64,000 bases of DNA from Chrysomallon squamiferum (lineage: Eukaryota; Animalia; Mollusca): contig CM022675.1 of the NCBI GenBank assembly GCA_012295275.1, forward strand, positions 9,796,001 to 9,860,000, given 5' to 3'. The translations under genes and the position numbers were made by a program. A model generated the notes under the pieces. That model saw only the letters and a list, made by a program, of their open reading frames with translations, ran no database searches and was not told the DNA's origin. Position 1 is the stretch's first letter. Every line of letters starts with the position of its first letter. This document shows positions 40,376 to 56,283 of this stretch, piece by piece.

Positions 40376-40935
40376 AACAGTATTTTTTTTTTCTCATATT
40401 CTCGCATAATCATGCCAATCTTTGTAAAACTTTTTCTTCATTAAACAACTTTTTTTTTTTTTTTTTTTTTTTTTCTGCTTTTCTCTCGGGTCGCATTAGC
40501 TCTTTCTTGTCTTTTCCTTTCTTTATTTTTCTTATTCTTGTTTCTGTTGTTTTGTTTGTTTGTTTTAAACAAAACAAATTCGATACATATATGTCGGTTC
40601 CAAAGCAAATATTGATCATACCAGTATTCGTATCCTCTGAATTTTCGTGTGGGTTGTGGTGGTGCACCTTGCAAAAGTCTTCCCAAGTTAATCATCAGTT
40701 TTGTATTTTTGTTTATTTTTCATTCTCCTTGTCAATTTATTTTCAAAATTACATTTACTACAGAAATTCCCAACTCCCCTTTCCAAGTTTTCTGATAGTA
40801 TAGTTGTATCCCTGTTGGTATAACCACTTTTAATCAGTTGTTTCATCTATAACGGTAATTACTGAGACATCCAGTCATCTACTGCAGAAACAACAAATAA
40901 AGTACTGATACAGCTTCCAGTACATTAACTATTAA

Positions 40936-41280
40936 TACATTACTGATACAACTACTAATATATTACTAATACAACTACCAATACATTACTGATACAACTA
41001 CTAATACATTGCTGAAACTACTAATATATTACCAATACAACTTCTAATACATTACTGATACAACTACTAATACATTTCTGATACAACTACCAATACATTA
41101 CTGATACAACTACCAATACATTACTGATACAACTACTATTACATTACTGATACAACTACCAATACATTTCTGATACAACTACCAATACATTACTGATACA
41201 ACTACTGTTACATTACTGATACAACTATCAATACATTACTGATACAACTACTAATACATTACTGATACAACTACTAATGC
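40936..41280. repeat. 23-bp minisatellite, ~15 copies (TACATTACTGATACAACTACTAA)
   Basis: Visible head-to-tail units. Confidence 0.93.
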
Positions 41281-41723
41281 ACACTAAAAAAATTGCTAAT
41301 ATCATTTCTGCCTTGGCTGACATTCTGCTGATCTAGTGCAGATGCACTGATAAGCTTCATGCTGCACTAAAACAGGTAACTACATCACACCACTCTAATT
41401 CTGTTACACAGCATTTCTCGTGTAATTCTGCACCATCAGTAGACACCCCATGCTGGTGCGGTGCATCCCATTTAATTTGGATCAGTCCCTTTAGGGCAGA
41501 TCCAGAAAATGTATAGTGAGAGAAGGTATCTAAAATACTATTCATTTGAAGTTGATGAAGTTGATGATGGTGATGATGGTAGTTGCAATAGTGGTAATTG
41601 TTGTGGTACTAATAGTTGTAGTAGAATTGATAATGATAATACTAAAAGTAGTGGTACTATAGAAATAGTAATAATAGTTGTAACAGTAATAGTAGTATTA
41701 GCTATAGTAGTAGTAGAAGAAAT

Positions 41724-41763
<40 letters not shown>

Positions 41764-42152
41764 AAGTTATATTACTGAACAGTAAAATAATTATCATTGC
41801 AATAATAACTGTACTGACAACAACAACAGTATCAAAATAGTAGTAATATTAAGTGATGATAATGATTATGATGATGATAATGATAACAGTTATAAAATGT
41901 AAAAAAAATAATAATAACTATAATAATAATAACAAAAACAACAACAACAACAATAATAACTAAAAAGAAAGAAAAATAATAACAATTTATCCTAGCATTA
42001 TCTCAGACTTTTCGCTTTAGTGTGACATAAACGAGAAATAAATCTTTTACAAGTCAGATAAAAAGTTTCTAATCATGACAGACACAAAATAACACAGGCC
42101 CTCTTCACTTAATTAGTTCCTTAGAACACAGCTGGGGTTACATCAGCACTGG

Positions 42153-42183
<31 letters not shown>

Positions 42184-42956
42184 GGAAAATGCAGGCGAAA
42201 TCTGCAGCCAATTTGCTGGTAATCGCATTTTTTTTTTTTGCGGATTACATTTTGATGTATTGTGCTGCAGCTTTCTGACGTAATTTCAGGATAAAACCGT
42301 TTGAAGTCGACTTTTCTCATACATTATGTTTGACAGAGGTGCGATAATCTTGTTATGTCATGTGCAAACATGGCAGTTTGTAAAAAAACAAGGGCTTAAC
42401 AAGAGAGAGAGAGCGGAAATCGGTGGTTGTTGGTTTTGAAGGGTAATTCAAGGGAATAATGTTTATCTTGTCAGTCATTTGTTGATTTTTAAATTTTTTA
42501 AAATTTTTTTTTTTTTTTTTTTTTAAAGTTTGGAAAAATGTCAAGTTAAGTATTACTGTTAATGTTTGTTGCTTTTGGTAAATTGGGTGATGATGATGAT
42601 GATGATGATGATGATGACGATGATGATGATATTGGTGATTTCAGTCATTTGTTTATTTTTAAATTATTGTTATTATTTCATTTTATTATTATTAGTAAAT
42701 TTTATTAAACAAATTTTTTTTTTTTTTTTGGCTGTTATTTTTTTGGACAAAGTATTGCTACTACTAATAATAATTAAAAATAAGTCATTTAAATGTGTTA
42801 TTTGGTTGTTAGATTATGTTGGTTTTATTAAATGCTGTGATGATGATGGATGATGATGGTGATGAAGATTAGTCTATATTTGATGATTAATAATTTTAAG
42901 TAATGATTGGATATAGGGTAGTAATTATTACATTAAATTGTGGTTGTATGTATCTT

Positions 42957-42992
<36 letters not shown>

Positions 42993-45282
42993 CATGTGCC
43001 TGCACATATAAATATCTGTGTGAAAGTATGTATGTATGTATGTATGTACATATTTATATATGTGTATAAATATGTATTATATGTTTGTCTATATTATGTA
43101 TGTATGTATGTTTTAAATAAATATATATGTATGTATATATGCACATATTTATGCATGTGAATAAATATGTATTATATATGTATGTATGTATGTATGTATG
43201 TCTGTCTGTCTGCCTGCCAGTCTGTATGTATGTATAAATGAATATTAATTCAAAGTATGTTTTTTTTTATAATGTTTCTTTGATGCCAGCATATGGTGTT
43301 TAAGGAAGCAAGTAAAAAAAAAATGTTTACATTCAGGTGTAAATCAAGAGATAAACAGCACAGTGTTTCACTGATCACAGCTATCTTGTGAAAACCTCAC
43401 ATCCTGGCAGTTCACTTCTTTCTTCTGAAAGCCACAAACCTCGTCTTTTATTTTATTTTATTTTATTTTTCATACTAGAGAAACTTTTTTTTTCCTGTTT
43501 GTTTAACTTTTTGAAACGGTTAATTGTCACATGATATGTTTTTATTTTTATGTTTTTTTTTATTTTTATTTTTTAATTTTTGGACTTTTCATTTAAATCC
43601 CAGAAGAATTTAATGTCTGAATATTTATGCATTTATTTTCATTCTTTTTTTTTTTTTTTTTTTTTTTCTTTTTCATTTTCTCTTCATCTTTTCTTCATAT
43701 ATATATATATATATATATCTATAACTGTATACACACATTCACACACACACACACTGTATGACTGTATGTACATGTTTATAATATATATATATATATATAT
43801 ATACATGTGTATGTGTCTGTGTGCATGTGAATGGGTGAGTGTAATTATGCCATTGTCTATGTTTTTCTATTCACATGTACTGAATGTCCTTGTGTGTGTT
43901 TGAAAAAGAAAAAACACATAAATCATTTTGACATTCATGGTGTGATTGTCTGCTAAGGGGGGTCTTGCAGGGGGGTCTTGCAGGGGGTAGACAAGTCTAA
44001 ATTACACGAAGTCAGCTTAAACATTTTTTATTTTGATCTATCTTCTTTACTGTTACTGTTGTTGTTTTTCATGTTATTTTTGTTGTTATTGTTATTGTCA
44101 TTATAATTGTTGTTATTGCTGATTATTATTATTGTTATTGTTATTGTTGTTATATAGTGTATATTGTATGTATTCTTAAATGCATGTAAGAATATATGTA
44201 TGTGTATGTATGTATGTATGTATATAAAAATAGAAACTAGACAGAAAAGAACAATAAAATGTAATAAAAATTTAAAATTTGAGGAGATACATTAACAACA
44301 GTCAGCTTTCAACACACTAATTCTGTTTGCATTCATAAATAACTGTTTTATAATTTTATGTTTTTTTCATTGACTCGCTGGGAGACAAGGACATGACACT
44401 AAACTGATTTTATTTTATTTTAGTTATTTTTCTTTAAAGAAAAGACTATTAGCTTGTTCATTTAGTACCAGGTCAAGTGAGGGATTATGAATCATGGTTA
44501 TAGATGTGTTGTTTTTATATGTTAAAACTAATATGATAAAATTTGTTGAAAATGCAAAATACAAAATAACACAAGAAAGTGTAAAAAAACCAAATATATA
44601 AAAATTAATAAAACTGAGATAAAAAATAAGAATGAAAACTGAAGTAGTGAAAAAAAATTAAATTTGGTATCAGCCATAAAAATGTTCGTTGTTTTTTAGT
44701 CTCAGTGTTGTTGTTTTTTTTGGTGTTTTTATTAATTTATTTTAATTTATTTATTCGTTCATTCATTCATTCATGTATTTATTTAAAAAAAAAAAAAAAA
44801 AAACTGAAGCTGTTTCTCTCTTTTTACTCCTCTCATTCTATAAATATTTTAAAAAACATTTTTTTTTGTCTCTGCCTGTGTCTTTCCTTCCATCTTGTCT
44901 TTCCTTTTGCACTTGTCTTTCCTTTTGCCTGATTTATTCTCATTCACTCTCTCTTCATTTATCTCTCTATCGATTTCAACTCTACTCTATCGCTCACTCT
45001 ATCTCTCTTTTTTCACTTTATCTCTTTTTCCATCTCTCTTTTTCAGGATTTCCTTTTCTGTTTTTCTGTCTCTGTTTCTCTCTCTTCTTTATTTCTTTTT
45101 TCTTTCTTTTACATGCTCTTTCTCTGTCTGTATCTCTTTATCATTTTCTTTTTCTGTTGTTTTTGTATCTTTGAATTGTGCTCTCTCTCTCTCTGTATCT
45201 ATTTCTCTGTGTTTCTCTCTCTGTTTTTGTCTCTCTCTCTGTTTTTTTCTGTCTCTCTCTCTCTCTCTGTTTTTGTGTGTGT

Positions 45283-45382
<100 letters not shown>

Positions 45383-46409
45383 ACATACCCAAGACAAAAG
45401 ACTTTCACCACACACAGACTAATAAACTATTCACACTCTCCACTTTCTTGATCATAAACAACACCCAACTTCATTTGCATTCTTAGTGATTAGAGTTATC
45501 TCCTCTTGTTGTTTGATCACTCTCATCAATAACAAAGCATTCTGGGTAATAAAGAACATTCTCACTTTACTTTCATTCTTCACTGGGGTCATTCTCTGTG
45601 TAAATCATGGAAGCTTTCTCCTTGAAAAATACATCTCCTGCCACTCTAGGTCCATTGGTTATATCAATCGTATATGGTCTTATTCATAAATATTTAGAAA
45701 AAAATGTTTTAATTTAATGATTCAGTGTATATATATTTTTAGTTTACAGAAGAAAGGAGAAATTATTTTTATTAGCTGGTAATTTTTCCCAGATGGAAAG
45801 AAGGAATTTTTTTTTTTTTTTTTTTTTTTTTTAATGGTTTTTAACATGCAACTTTAAAAATAGTTAAAACATTCTACACATATCAGGAAAAATTATATAT
45901 AATAATAATAATGAAGATGAAGATGATTATGATGACATAATAATAATAAAGATGATGATGATAATATAATAATCATAAAATAGCAATAAGAATAATAGCA
46001 GTATAAAACCAACCACCACTACCACCACCAACAACAACAGTAACAGTAACAATAGTAACAACAACAACAACAATAATAATAACAATAATAACAGCAATAA
46101 AAACAACAACAAAATTAAAAAAACACTCTTTGCAAACACCAAATCTTCTTTAAAATCCTTCATACACTTTCTCATTATATTTAATTGGCATTTTTATAGC
46201 AAAGATGCTCCAAAGTTTTATCAAATTTGACACCACATGCAGTTTGTGTCTAATTAATTACTAAAAAATCTTAATTTTAATTTATCAGAGCACTGAACTG
46301 ACAAGACATACTGACCAGTGTCCAGTGCCAAGATGGCCGTCTGAAGGTAAGATTTGTTAATTTTTATCATTGCTAAATTGCCACATCTATCAGCCAGTCA
46401 ATTAGTCTT

Positions 46410-46564
<155 letters not shown>

Positions 46565-46784
46565 CATCAACTACATAATGTTTAACTATTACTGGAATCA
46601 TCTTCAGAAGTGATAAGGAAAATAATTTTTCTCACTGACCCATTGTCTAACACATCTGTCCGTCTCATAAACTACACTGTTAATCTTTTTACCAGACACA
46701 GAAACCTCTCCTCATTCACCACTGAATCTGTTACCACAGCTAATAGAGAAAACAATATAGTCAGAAAGAGAGAGAGAAAGATAA

Positions 46785-46817
<33 letters not shown>

Positions 46818-46870
46818 TTATAGGGGGTTTAAGAGAGAGAAAGAGAAAATGAGAATGTTAGATGGTTTAT

Positions 46871-46901
<31 letters not shown>

Positions 46902-47634
46902 TTATAGAGGATTTAAGAAAGCAAGAGAAGGTGAGAATGTTATGAGAGAGAGAGAGAGAGAGAGACAGAGAGTTTTAAAGGTTTAAGAGAGAGAGAGAGA
47001 GAGAGAAATTTTCCGCTGAATGCTTTTATCTAAAAATTTAATAAACTTGAATATATTTTATCAGTCCTTTCCAAACTCATCCTTACTGAATCACCACATT
47101 AATATCACTGTCTCCATTGTTTGACAGTTTGCCTGGTAAATGCATCAATTTTTAATGAATATTTTAGATAATTGTAATAACACTCTCTCTCTCCTCACCC
47201 CGTCTTTACTAGTACAACAGAAGAAGCATAATCTCTTCATTGTGTTGCACATTATCTGGTAAACATATTTATTTAGAACATTTTAGATTGTTTGTTAGCT
47301 TGTTTAAAAAAAAAAAAAAAAAAAAACAACAATCTCCCCTCCCCTCTCTATCTCTGCCTGAATATATTACATAATAATATTAAATATTTTTTTTATATAT
47401 ATTTTAATTTATTAATTTGTTAAATATATCTGTTTTTGATAGTTTGGATTCTCTGAAACCTTTAAAATTATAATAATATGATAATCTTATATAGTTTATT
47501 GTTTTTAATGTATTGTGTTAAATGCATCAAGTTTTGATAATTTAGATTCTTTGAAAATAATAATTAATTAAAATAATAATGTAATAATAACTTAATAATA
47601 ATAATAACAACAACAGCAATAATAATAACAACAA

Positions 47635-47670
<36 letters not shown>

Positions 47671-47672
47671 AA

Positions 47673-47707
<35 letters not shown>

Positions 47708-48049
47708 ATTTAAATAAATAATCAAGATATATAAAAAATAAAACCCATTTCTTCACCAGAACCATTCCTGGCTACATTGCCATGGCAATATTAGCCGTTC
47801 CATGGTTTTGCAGCTTGTCTACTCAATGCCTCCATTCTGCACTTTTAGAAGATTTTTTTTTCTTTTTTCTTCTCTATCTCTGTGCAATCAAAGACCTGAA
47901 GTGTGTGAGTTGTCTGCTAGAGAGAAGATTCTGTTTGTTCTGCAAGTAATAGTTTTGTATAAATTACAATCAGGAAAAGAGAGACAGAGACACATAAAGA
48001 CAAAGAAAGGGTTATGTAAGTTTGCATGAGTGCTGAGTGGATATATATT

Positions 48050-48315
<266 letters not shown>

Positions 48316-48688
48316 GGGAGAGAGGAAGAAATACTGAAAGAATGGGGAGAGAATGAGAGAGAAACAGTAAAATAAAAGAAAAATAGGAGGGAGTGAAAGA
48401 AAAAGGGTGAAAGAAATTCACACAGAAAATGATAGAACGGTTAAAAACAATAGTCAGAGAGAGGGAGATAGTGAAACAGTAATAGAAATTGACATAAAAC
48501 TTCACACACACACAAAAAAAAAAGACCAACAGAGAGAGAGAGAGAGAGAGAGACAACCAAAGACATTCTAAAGAATCAACCGGTACAAAAAAAACACAAC
48601 CTCAGACCTTTTAAGAAACAAATAAACACCTCTGAACTAAACTAAGACATAGAGAGAACACCACTGAGAAATACACAGTCAAGGAAAC

Positions 48689-48722
<34 letters not shown>

Positions 48723-49189
48723 TCTATCTGTACAGCAAACAGCTGCTACAGACATTATTCTGTAGCTAAATGGCACTTCTCAGTTTCAGTGGTTTGCACA
48801 TCTGCGCCATGAAGATTACCTGGCTGTGGGGTTAAAGATTAAAGGTGAGAGAAAGTTACCTTAATTGCCTCGCTTGTCTGTGATAATGAACAATAATCAT
48901 CATATTTTTTTTCTTTTCTGCTGCTTGACTCTCACAGGTAAGGTAATAATAATTGTTATAATGTGTTACTCATAGACAGTGGTGAGCGTTTTGCTCATAG
49001 GCAGTGCAGAGTGTTATGACTCATAGGCTCTGTAGAATGTGTTGTAAATAATGATTTCTCCCTAAGCATATATTTTAATGTGTTTTATAGAAATAATATA
49101 TATATATATATATACACATACATTGATCTATTATGTATATGCATAATATTTGAAAGTTTTTTTTGATACATTATTATGAGTTTTTTAAA

Positions 49190-49680
49190 AACTCAACATT
49201 GTTTTTCTTAAAGGCTCAGTATTATCTTTTACTTGTAGCATAACATTGTTGTTGATAAGCTCAATATGTTTTGTTTATATGCTGACTATATTGTTTTCAG
49301 TCTGTTATAATGAGTACAAAGGCTCAATATACTGCATTAATGAAAGACTCACTGTCATGTGTTATTTATAGGCTCACTATAATGTGTTATTTAAAGGCTC
49401 ACTGTAATGTGTTAATAATAGACTCACTATGTGCTAATTAAGACCTTATCATGATGTATTGTTTATAGGCTCGCCATAATGTGTTGTTTATGAGCTCAGT
49501 GTAATGTGTTCAAAAGGCTCACCATAATGTGTTGTTTATGAGCTCAGTGTAATGTGTTCAAAAGGCTCACCATAATGTGTTGTTCATAATATCAGTGTAA
49601 TATGTTGTTTATTAGCTCAGTGTAATGTGTTCAAAAGGCTCACCATAATGTGTTGTTTATAAGCTCGCCATGTGTTATAA
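49190..49680. repeat. Degenerate ~24-bp tandem repeat with 48-bp higher-order unit (GGCTCACCATAATGTGTTGTTTATGAGCTCAGTGTAATGTGTTCAAAA)
   Basis: GCTCA...TAATGTGTT recurs about every 24 bp; exact 48-bp copies near 49516 and 49564. Confidence 0.85.
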
Positions 49681-50166
49681 GCATGTGATTCACGAGTTCA
49701 CTCTTAAGAAACGAATAAGACTCTTTAGCTGGCATTATTCTTGATAGCAAGACACCCTTTTTCTGTTAACCAATTCACATGTTAACGGCTTACATCTGTC
49801 TGTCTGTGTGTGGGTGTATGCATGTGCGTCTTTATGGGTGTAAAGATGTGCATATTTGTGACTTCATGCATGCATGTGAAGATGCGTTAATTCAAGATGA
49901 TAATAAAAATGGAAGGGAGAATGTTTCTGAGGTGAGAGAAGTAAAAGAAGTGGTAAAAAAAAAGAAAAAAAAGAAAAAGAAAAAAAAGTTAATTGTTTTT
50001 CAGTTTGATAATTAACATGGACACTGTTATGTTGATGAAGTAGCTAAATAGATTAGAGAAAGAAAGAGAGAGAAGTGTGGCTTGGGAGACAGGGGGTGTG
50101 TGTGTGTGTGTGTGTGTGTGCGTATGTAACTATGTATAAGTAAAGAAGGAGTGTGAGGGTTATGTA

Positions 50167-50228
<62 letters not shown>

Positions 50229-50495
50229 GAGAGAGAGAGAGAGAGAGAATAGTGTAAAAAAAAGAGAAATGAAAAGGAGAAAAAAACAAAAGAAGCTTTG
50301 TTTTTTCCCCTGTCTATGTAATAATACAGGCATTGGAAGTACTTTAATGAATAGTACACTGATAGAAAGAGAGAGAAAAAAAGAGAGAAAAAATAAGCTT
50401 TTGTTTTTTCCCCTGTCTATCATGAGAGAAGTAATACAGACATTAGAATGTCTGCAAGAGAGAAAGAATGAATAGTAATGCTAGAAAGAGGGAGG

Positions 50496-50550
<55 letters not shown>

Positions 50551-51708
50551 GAGAGAGAGAAACAGTGAAATACAGACAACAAAGACAAACGACAGAGAAA
50601 AAAAAAGAGAAGATTACGAAATAAAAAGGTTATTTGTTTGTTTCTATCACATCTAACTAACTTGAACACATGTCTGAGTTATCTCCTTCGCACACGTTAC
50701 AGGATGCGGAGGTAATTTCATGTAAGTTGTTTACCTGGGTTTTTCTCAGGTGTGAAAAGGTAAATAAATTACCTGTTAGTCAGCAATCACTAACGAACTG
50801 TCTGTGAGAAATTTGTTCTCTCTTCTTGCTATCTTTGTTTTCTTCTTAATGGCCGACTGGCTACTAAATACGTTTACTTGATTTCTATCTGCAATTATTC
50901 AGAAGGTTTGTTGTCCGATGTTTTGGCCAAAATTCTGTTTGTTTTTTTTCTTATTTTTTCATTTTATTTATTTCATTGTTTGTTTGTTTGTTTGTTTGTT
51001 TTGAAATTGTTTTAATAGAGTTATGTATATATGTGTGTGTGCATATATATTTAGAATCTTTGGCATTTTGCTTATTTTATTATTTTTTTATTTTTAAATT
51101 ACAAAGTCAAATGCAGGAGCAGCACTGGAATGGTGGAAATTACTAAACAGAAAGGACAAAATGGCTGGTGTAATAGAAATAGCTGGGAAGTTAAAACACT
51201 GTAAACACTGTAAACATTACAACATCCTCATGATAAGCACACATATATATACAAAACCTCAAATACAAACAGTGGTGAACATAAGTGCACTCAAAGACAC
51301 ACAGACATGTGCTCACATCTGTCTGTCTGTCTGTCTGTTAACATGGAATATAAGTGGTGCATTGTGATAATTTCTACAGTTTGTTGTTTTCAAATACGAC
51401 ATATCTCTGGTTTTATGATTTACAGCCAAACTGCACGACTTCCACAGCGATACTGCACGAAAAACTGTCCATCAGAAAAAAAAAAAAGAGTGTAGATAAA
51501 TGTGAAAAAAATAAAAATATGAATACCGTTTATCTGAAACAGATAGACCACGCTATACACATAATCGTATATATATCAGCTTTACGGTGTAATTAAATGC
51601 AAAATGATGCTACAAACAAACTTGTATATACATAATACACATAAAAATATGTAAACATAGAGACTAACACATAGATAAACACACAACTGCATACAAAATA
51701 TTAAATAT

Positions 51709-51729
51709 ATTTTGCTTAATCAGCAGAAA

Positions 51730-51768
<39 letters not shown>

Positions 51769-52018
51769 GGGTTGTCTTGGCTGAGTGGTGTGGGCAAATG
51801 GGTGCCACAAGTTCAAGTCTTGTCGTCGGCATCTGACGGGGTTTGTGAGGTAATTATTGGACTTTTGTTGTGCATTCCCGTTTATTGTCACTGTGCAGAA
51901 TCTAATCAGATGTACATAAGACAGACAGTATTCAAAATCCTGAAATACATACATACAGACATACATACATACATACATACATACATACATACATACATTT
52001 TGCTTAATCAGCAGAAAA
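51709..52018 (+). mobile_element. tRNA-derived SINE with (TACA)n tail, flanked by 22-bp direct repeats
   Basis: A box TGGCTGAGTGG 51778-51788, B-box-like AGTTCAAGTCT 51810-51820, (ATAC)n tail ~51945-51996, ATTTTGCTTAATCAGCAGAAAA at 51709-51730 and 51997-52018. Confidence 0.7.
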
Positions 52019-53021
52019 CCTAATATGTACATAACTACACATGCATACACTGATACACATAAATATGACATATACACATACATACATACATCCATGCATA
52101 CATTCATACATACATACATATACACATACATACATATACACATGCATACATACATATATACACACACATACATAAGCACACACTAACTGTCACAAAATTA
52201 AACACATTCTGATTAATCTACAGAAATCCTGATAAAGCATACATTCATACATTTATACGACATATATCTTTTCTATACATGCATCATTTTGGCTCATATT
52301 TTATGATAAGACCCTTCTCTGTGCCATATCAGCTTTGCATCAGTTTGACCTTGACCTTTCAATATCTTTACAATCTGCAGTATCTCTTACTGAAGAGGTT
52401 ATTAAAAGAAAAGAAAACAAAAAGAAATTATTTTTTATTTTTTTTATGTTTTTTTTTTATTTTTGGTACTAATCCAAAGACAGCGATATCAAGGGCAAAT
52501 CCTGTTTTTCTGAAAGTGGGGGGGGGGGTTGGTGCCATCTTTGTAATGTTTATAATCTTCAAGATGAGTTTAGTTTTTTGAAAGATTTAAATGGATTGTG
52601 CATGGGGAAAAAAAACCTGCATTTGAATAAAAAGTATGGAGGTATGGATTAATATTGTTCTCCTGCCCTTAGATTTGCTCTTGAATGTACTACAATGACA
52701 AATTCTGCATTTCTGAAAACTGGAGGCATTGTCATTGAAGTTTATATAATTTTTTGTGAGATATTTAACAGAGAGAGAGAGAGAGAGAGAGTGAGAAATG
52801 GGGTGGTCAGGGTTTGCAAAAAAATGACTTCCACCCTCTTAAATCTGTCCTTAAATAAGCTAACAGTTATTGTTTGTGTAAGATGGAAATGTTTCATGCC
52901 TGCCAGCGTGTAACGTATCTTGATAGCTTGCCAGGAAAGAAACAGAAAAACAGCAGAAAAAAAGAGAGAAAAAGAAGAATAAAGAGAGAGAAACAGCTTA
53001 CTATGACAGAGAGATGGAAAG

Positions 53022-53115
<94 letters not shown>

Positions 53116-56100
53116 ACACACACACACACACATAGATTCTGAGCATGATTCCAGGAATAGTTAAACATTAATTAGTTAAGAGAGTAAATGAGAGAAAAAC
53201 AGAGAGAGACAAAGATGGAGATGAGAGGGAAGGAGATAAGGATAAAAAAAAAAAAAAAAATAGAAAGCAAGTGAAAGAGAAAGAATGTGAAAAAGAATAA
53301 AAAGAGTGTATGAGAGAGAGAAAAACAGAAAATGAAGCGAGAAAGAGTTGAACGTAAAACATTTGATGAATAAAACAAAGCAAAGGAAGAATTGCAAAAA
53401 ATGATGTGAAGGAAAATATTTTTTTTGTCAAATAACGGAAGATGAAAGTGAAGCTTTGATGAGAAATACTGAATGTTTAGCAACATTTCAAGAATATTTT
53501 TCTTTATTATAGAAATAATAATAATGTTGATGATGATGATAATAATAATGACGATAATAATAAAATAATAATGGTAATAATAAAATAATAATGATAATAT
53601 AGTAATAATAATAATAATAATAATAGTAGTAGTAACAATAATAATAACAACAATAGTAATCATTATCAGCATCATACACCATATAAGAAAGTTCTGCATT
53701 CTTTGAACATTAAATATTCATTCATCCTTCCATCCTTTCATCCTTTTCACCATCACTCCATCCATCCCACCAGTCCCACCAAGTGGAGGCTCATTGAGAT
53801 GGACACCTGCTCGCAGACACTCAACTTTCACTTTCACTTTTAACGTCTTTGCCCAGATTGCTTTTCAAAGCAAACAGAATCAGTCTCCGCGCTTCATTTA
53901 ACAGGTAAATAAACCGACTTGAACACTGCACCATCTTTCACGCTTGGCTTAGCGACCTGCCTACCATGACAGATTGCTGGATGTCTTCTTTTTTTTTTTT
54001 AAAAAGAACCCTTCGTTCTTTCTCCAAGAGGTGTTGGTTTCAGGAATCATTCCACGGAAATGTAATTCTTTGTTCAGTCCCTCGAGATTTTTTCTGTGAA
54101 GCAGAAATTTATGGCAAGAAAATGAAATAATAACGTCACGGTTAATATTTCAGGCAGATGATGATGTTGTTTAAAAATATACTCGGAACCTGAAAGTTAC
54201 GACTGACTGTATCAAAAGTTATTGCTTGAGGTGTTTTTAATTATGTCATTCCATGCTTGTAATTTGAAAGAGAAAAATTTTGGTGTGGAATGTTAAAAAT
54301 GTTATTCCAGATGTGTTTTTATTTCTCCCTCTGTTTCTGTTTATCCTTTTCTATGATTATATATTTTTCCTTTATCAAAGTCTTTCTGTCTGTCAGTTGT
54401 GTATGTACAACAGACTGTACATACACAAATGTGAAAACACACAGACATACACAATTACATACACCATATGCACACATGCATGTACAAAAACATAAAAAAA
54501 AAACACACAAAAATATACAAATACAAACAGATACAGAAACATATACATAGACTCATAAATGCATAAACACAAATGTACATATATACACATACACAACACC
54601 AAAACACACAACATATACAAACACAAACACATACACACAGGCACACACACACACAAACACACACTACCAAAATCTCAATATTGAATTATTTTGACACTAA
54701 CCAATTTTTCTGTTTCCTACAAAACAAAAATAGCTCCTCTCTTCTTGAACAAAAATAATTTTTTTTTTTTTTCTTTTTTCATTTTGACGTCAGTTTTCCT
54801 TACCTTGCAGGAAGCAAAAAAAAAACTCCAATTACCTTTGACAGATGCCAAAAGTTGTAACAAGTTAACAAAAAGAGAAGCTTTATCCTTCTTCTTTAAG
54901 AGTGCACTACACAAATTATATCAATTTTCATCTTCTATTACGATAATGCATGCCAGCCATGGGCAACAATTTATTTAGATTTCTTTAGTGTATTTCAACA
55001 ACATGATTGTAACAGTTGAGTACTTATTATTTCAGAATCCTTCAGTGAATTAATATTAACAGTTGTATTGTGTCTATGCATGCTTGTAATGGGCAAATAG
55101 CTTTGTTGTATATGTCATTAGTGCTGTTTGGAATGGGAAATTATCAGGCCTGTTTGTTACAACACTTCTGTATCTACAGTGATAGTTTTAATCTGATGTT
55201 GTGTTCATTCAGGTTTGCAATGGATGATCATTTTTACTGAAGAATTCAAGAGTTCAGTTTAGAATGGGAAATTATTAATGAATTTTAGTTCACATCTTTT
55301 TTTTAGGACTTTAGTATCCATAGTGATAGTTTTAATCTACAGCTGTGTTTATATATGCCTGTAATGGTCAGACAATTTTATTAAAAAGTGTTGTTTGGAT
55401 TGGGAAATTTTGTGTACAAGCATGCTTGTTCTGGGTAAACAGGTTATTTAAGATTTTCTGTATTCTTTATAAAGACTATAATGGGAAAAATTGTGATTTT
55501 AGGAACTGGGCATTTTGATATTTTATAACATTGAAATTTTACTGTCATACTTTTTTATTAGTAATGATTGTTTGCCCAAAACAATAAAATGATTTTGTTA
55601 GCATCCAAATGTTTATTATTTTATTATTATTGTTGTTGTTATTATTATTATTGTTATTATTGTTGTTGGTGGTGGTGGTGGTGGTGCTGTTGTTGTTGTT
55701 GCCATTGTTGTTGTTGTTGTTGTTCTTCTTCTTCTTCTTATTATTATTATTATTTCTGTAGTTGTTGTTGTTGTTAATGATCAAAACTATAAAATACCAC
55801 AATCTGCTATTAAAAAAAAGAAATGACTGTTTTTCTTTCTATAAAAGAGTGAAATAATAGCTTGCAGTTATAAAGAATTTAATTAAACCATTTACTGCTA
55901 TCACCAGAGGAGCACTTTAGAATCTGTTTTATCTTCCGAGTCAAAACAGAACAGACGTGTGTTCATTCAGTCTTCCAGACGTCTGCTTGCTGATGCCTCT
56001 AACATCTGCTCTGGCAGTCGCAGCCAGTGTGACCTTTGACATTAATAAATATCATCTGACTGGAGGCCTTGACCTTTGCAAATGTCTACAGGCTGGCAGA

Positions 56101-56249
56101 ACAAGGTTGATGTGTGTAGAAAGCTGATGTATGTAGAGTAGGCTGATTTGTAGAAAGAGAGGAGATTTTAAAGCTATGATATATATATATATATATATAT
56201 GCACATATACAGACACATACACACATATATATAATACATATGTGTATTG

Positions 56250-56283
<34 letters not shown>

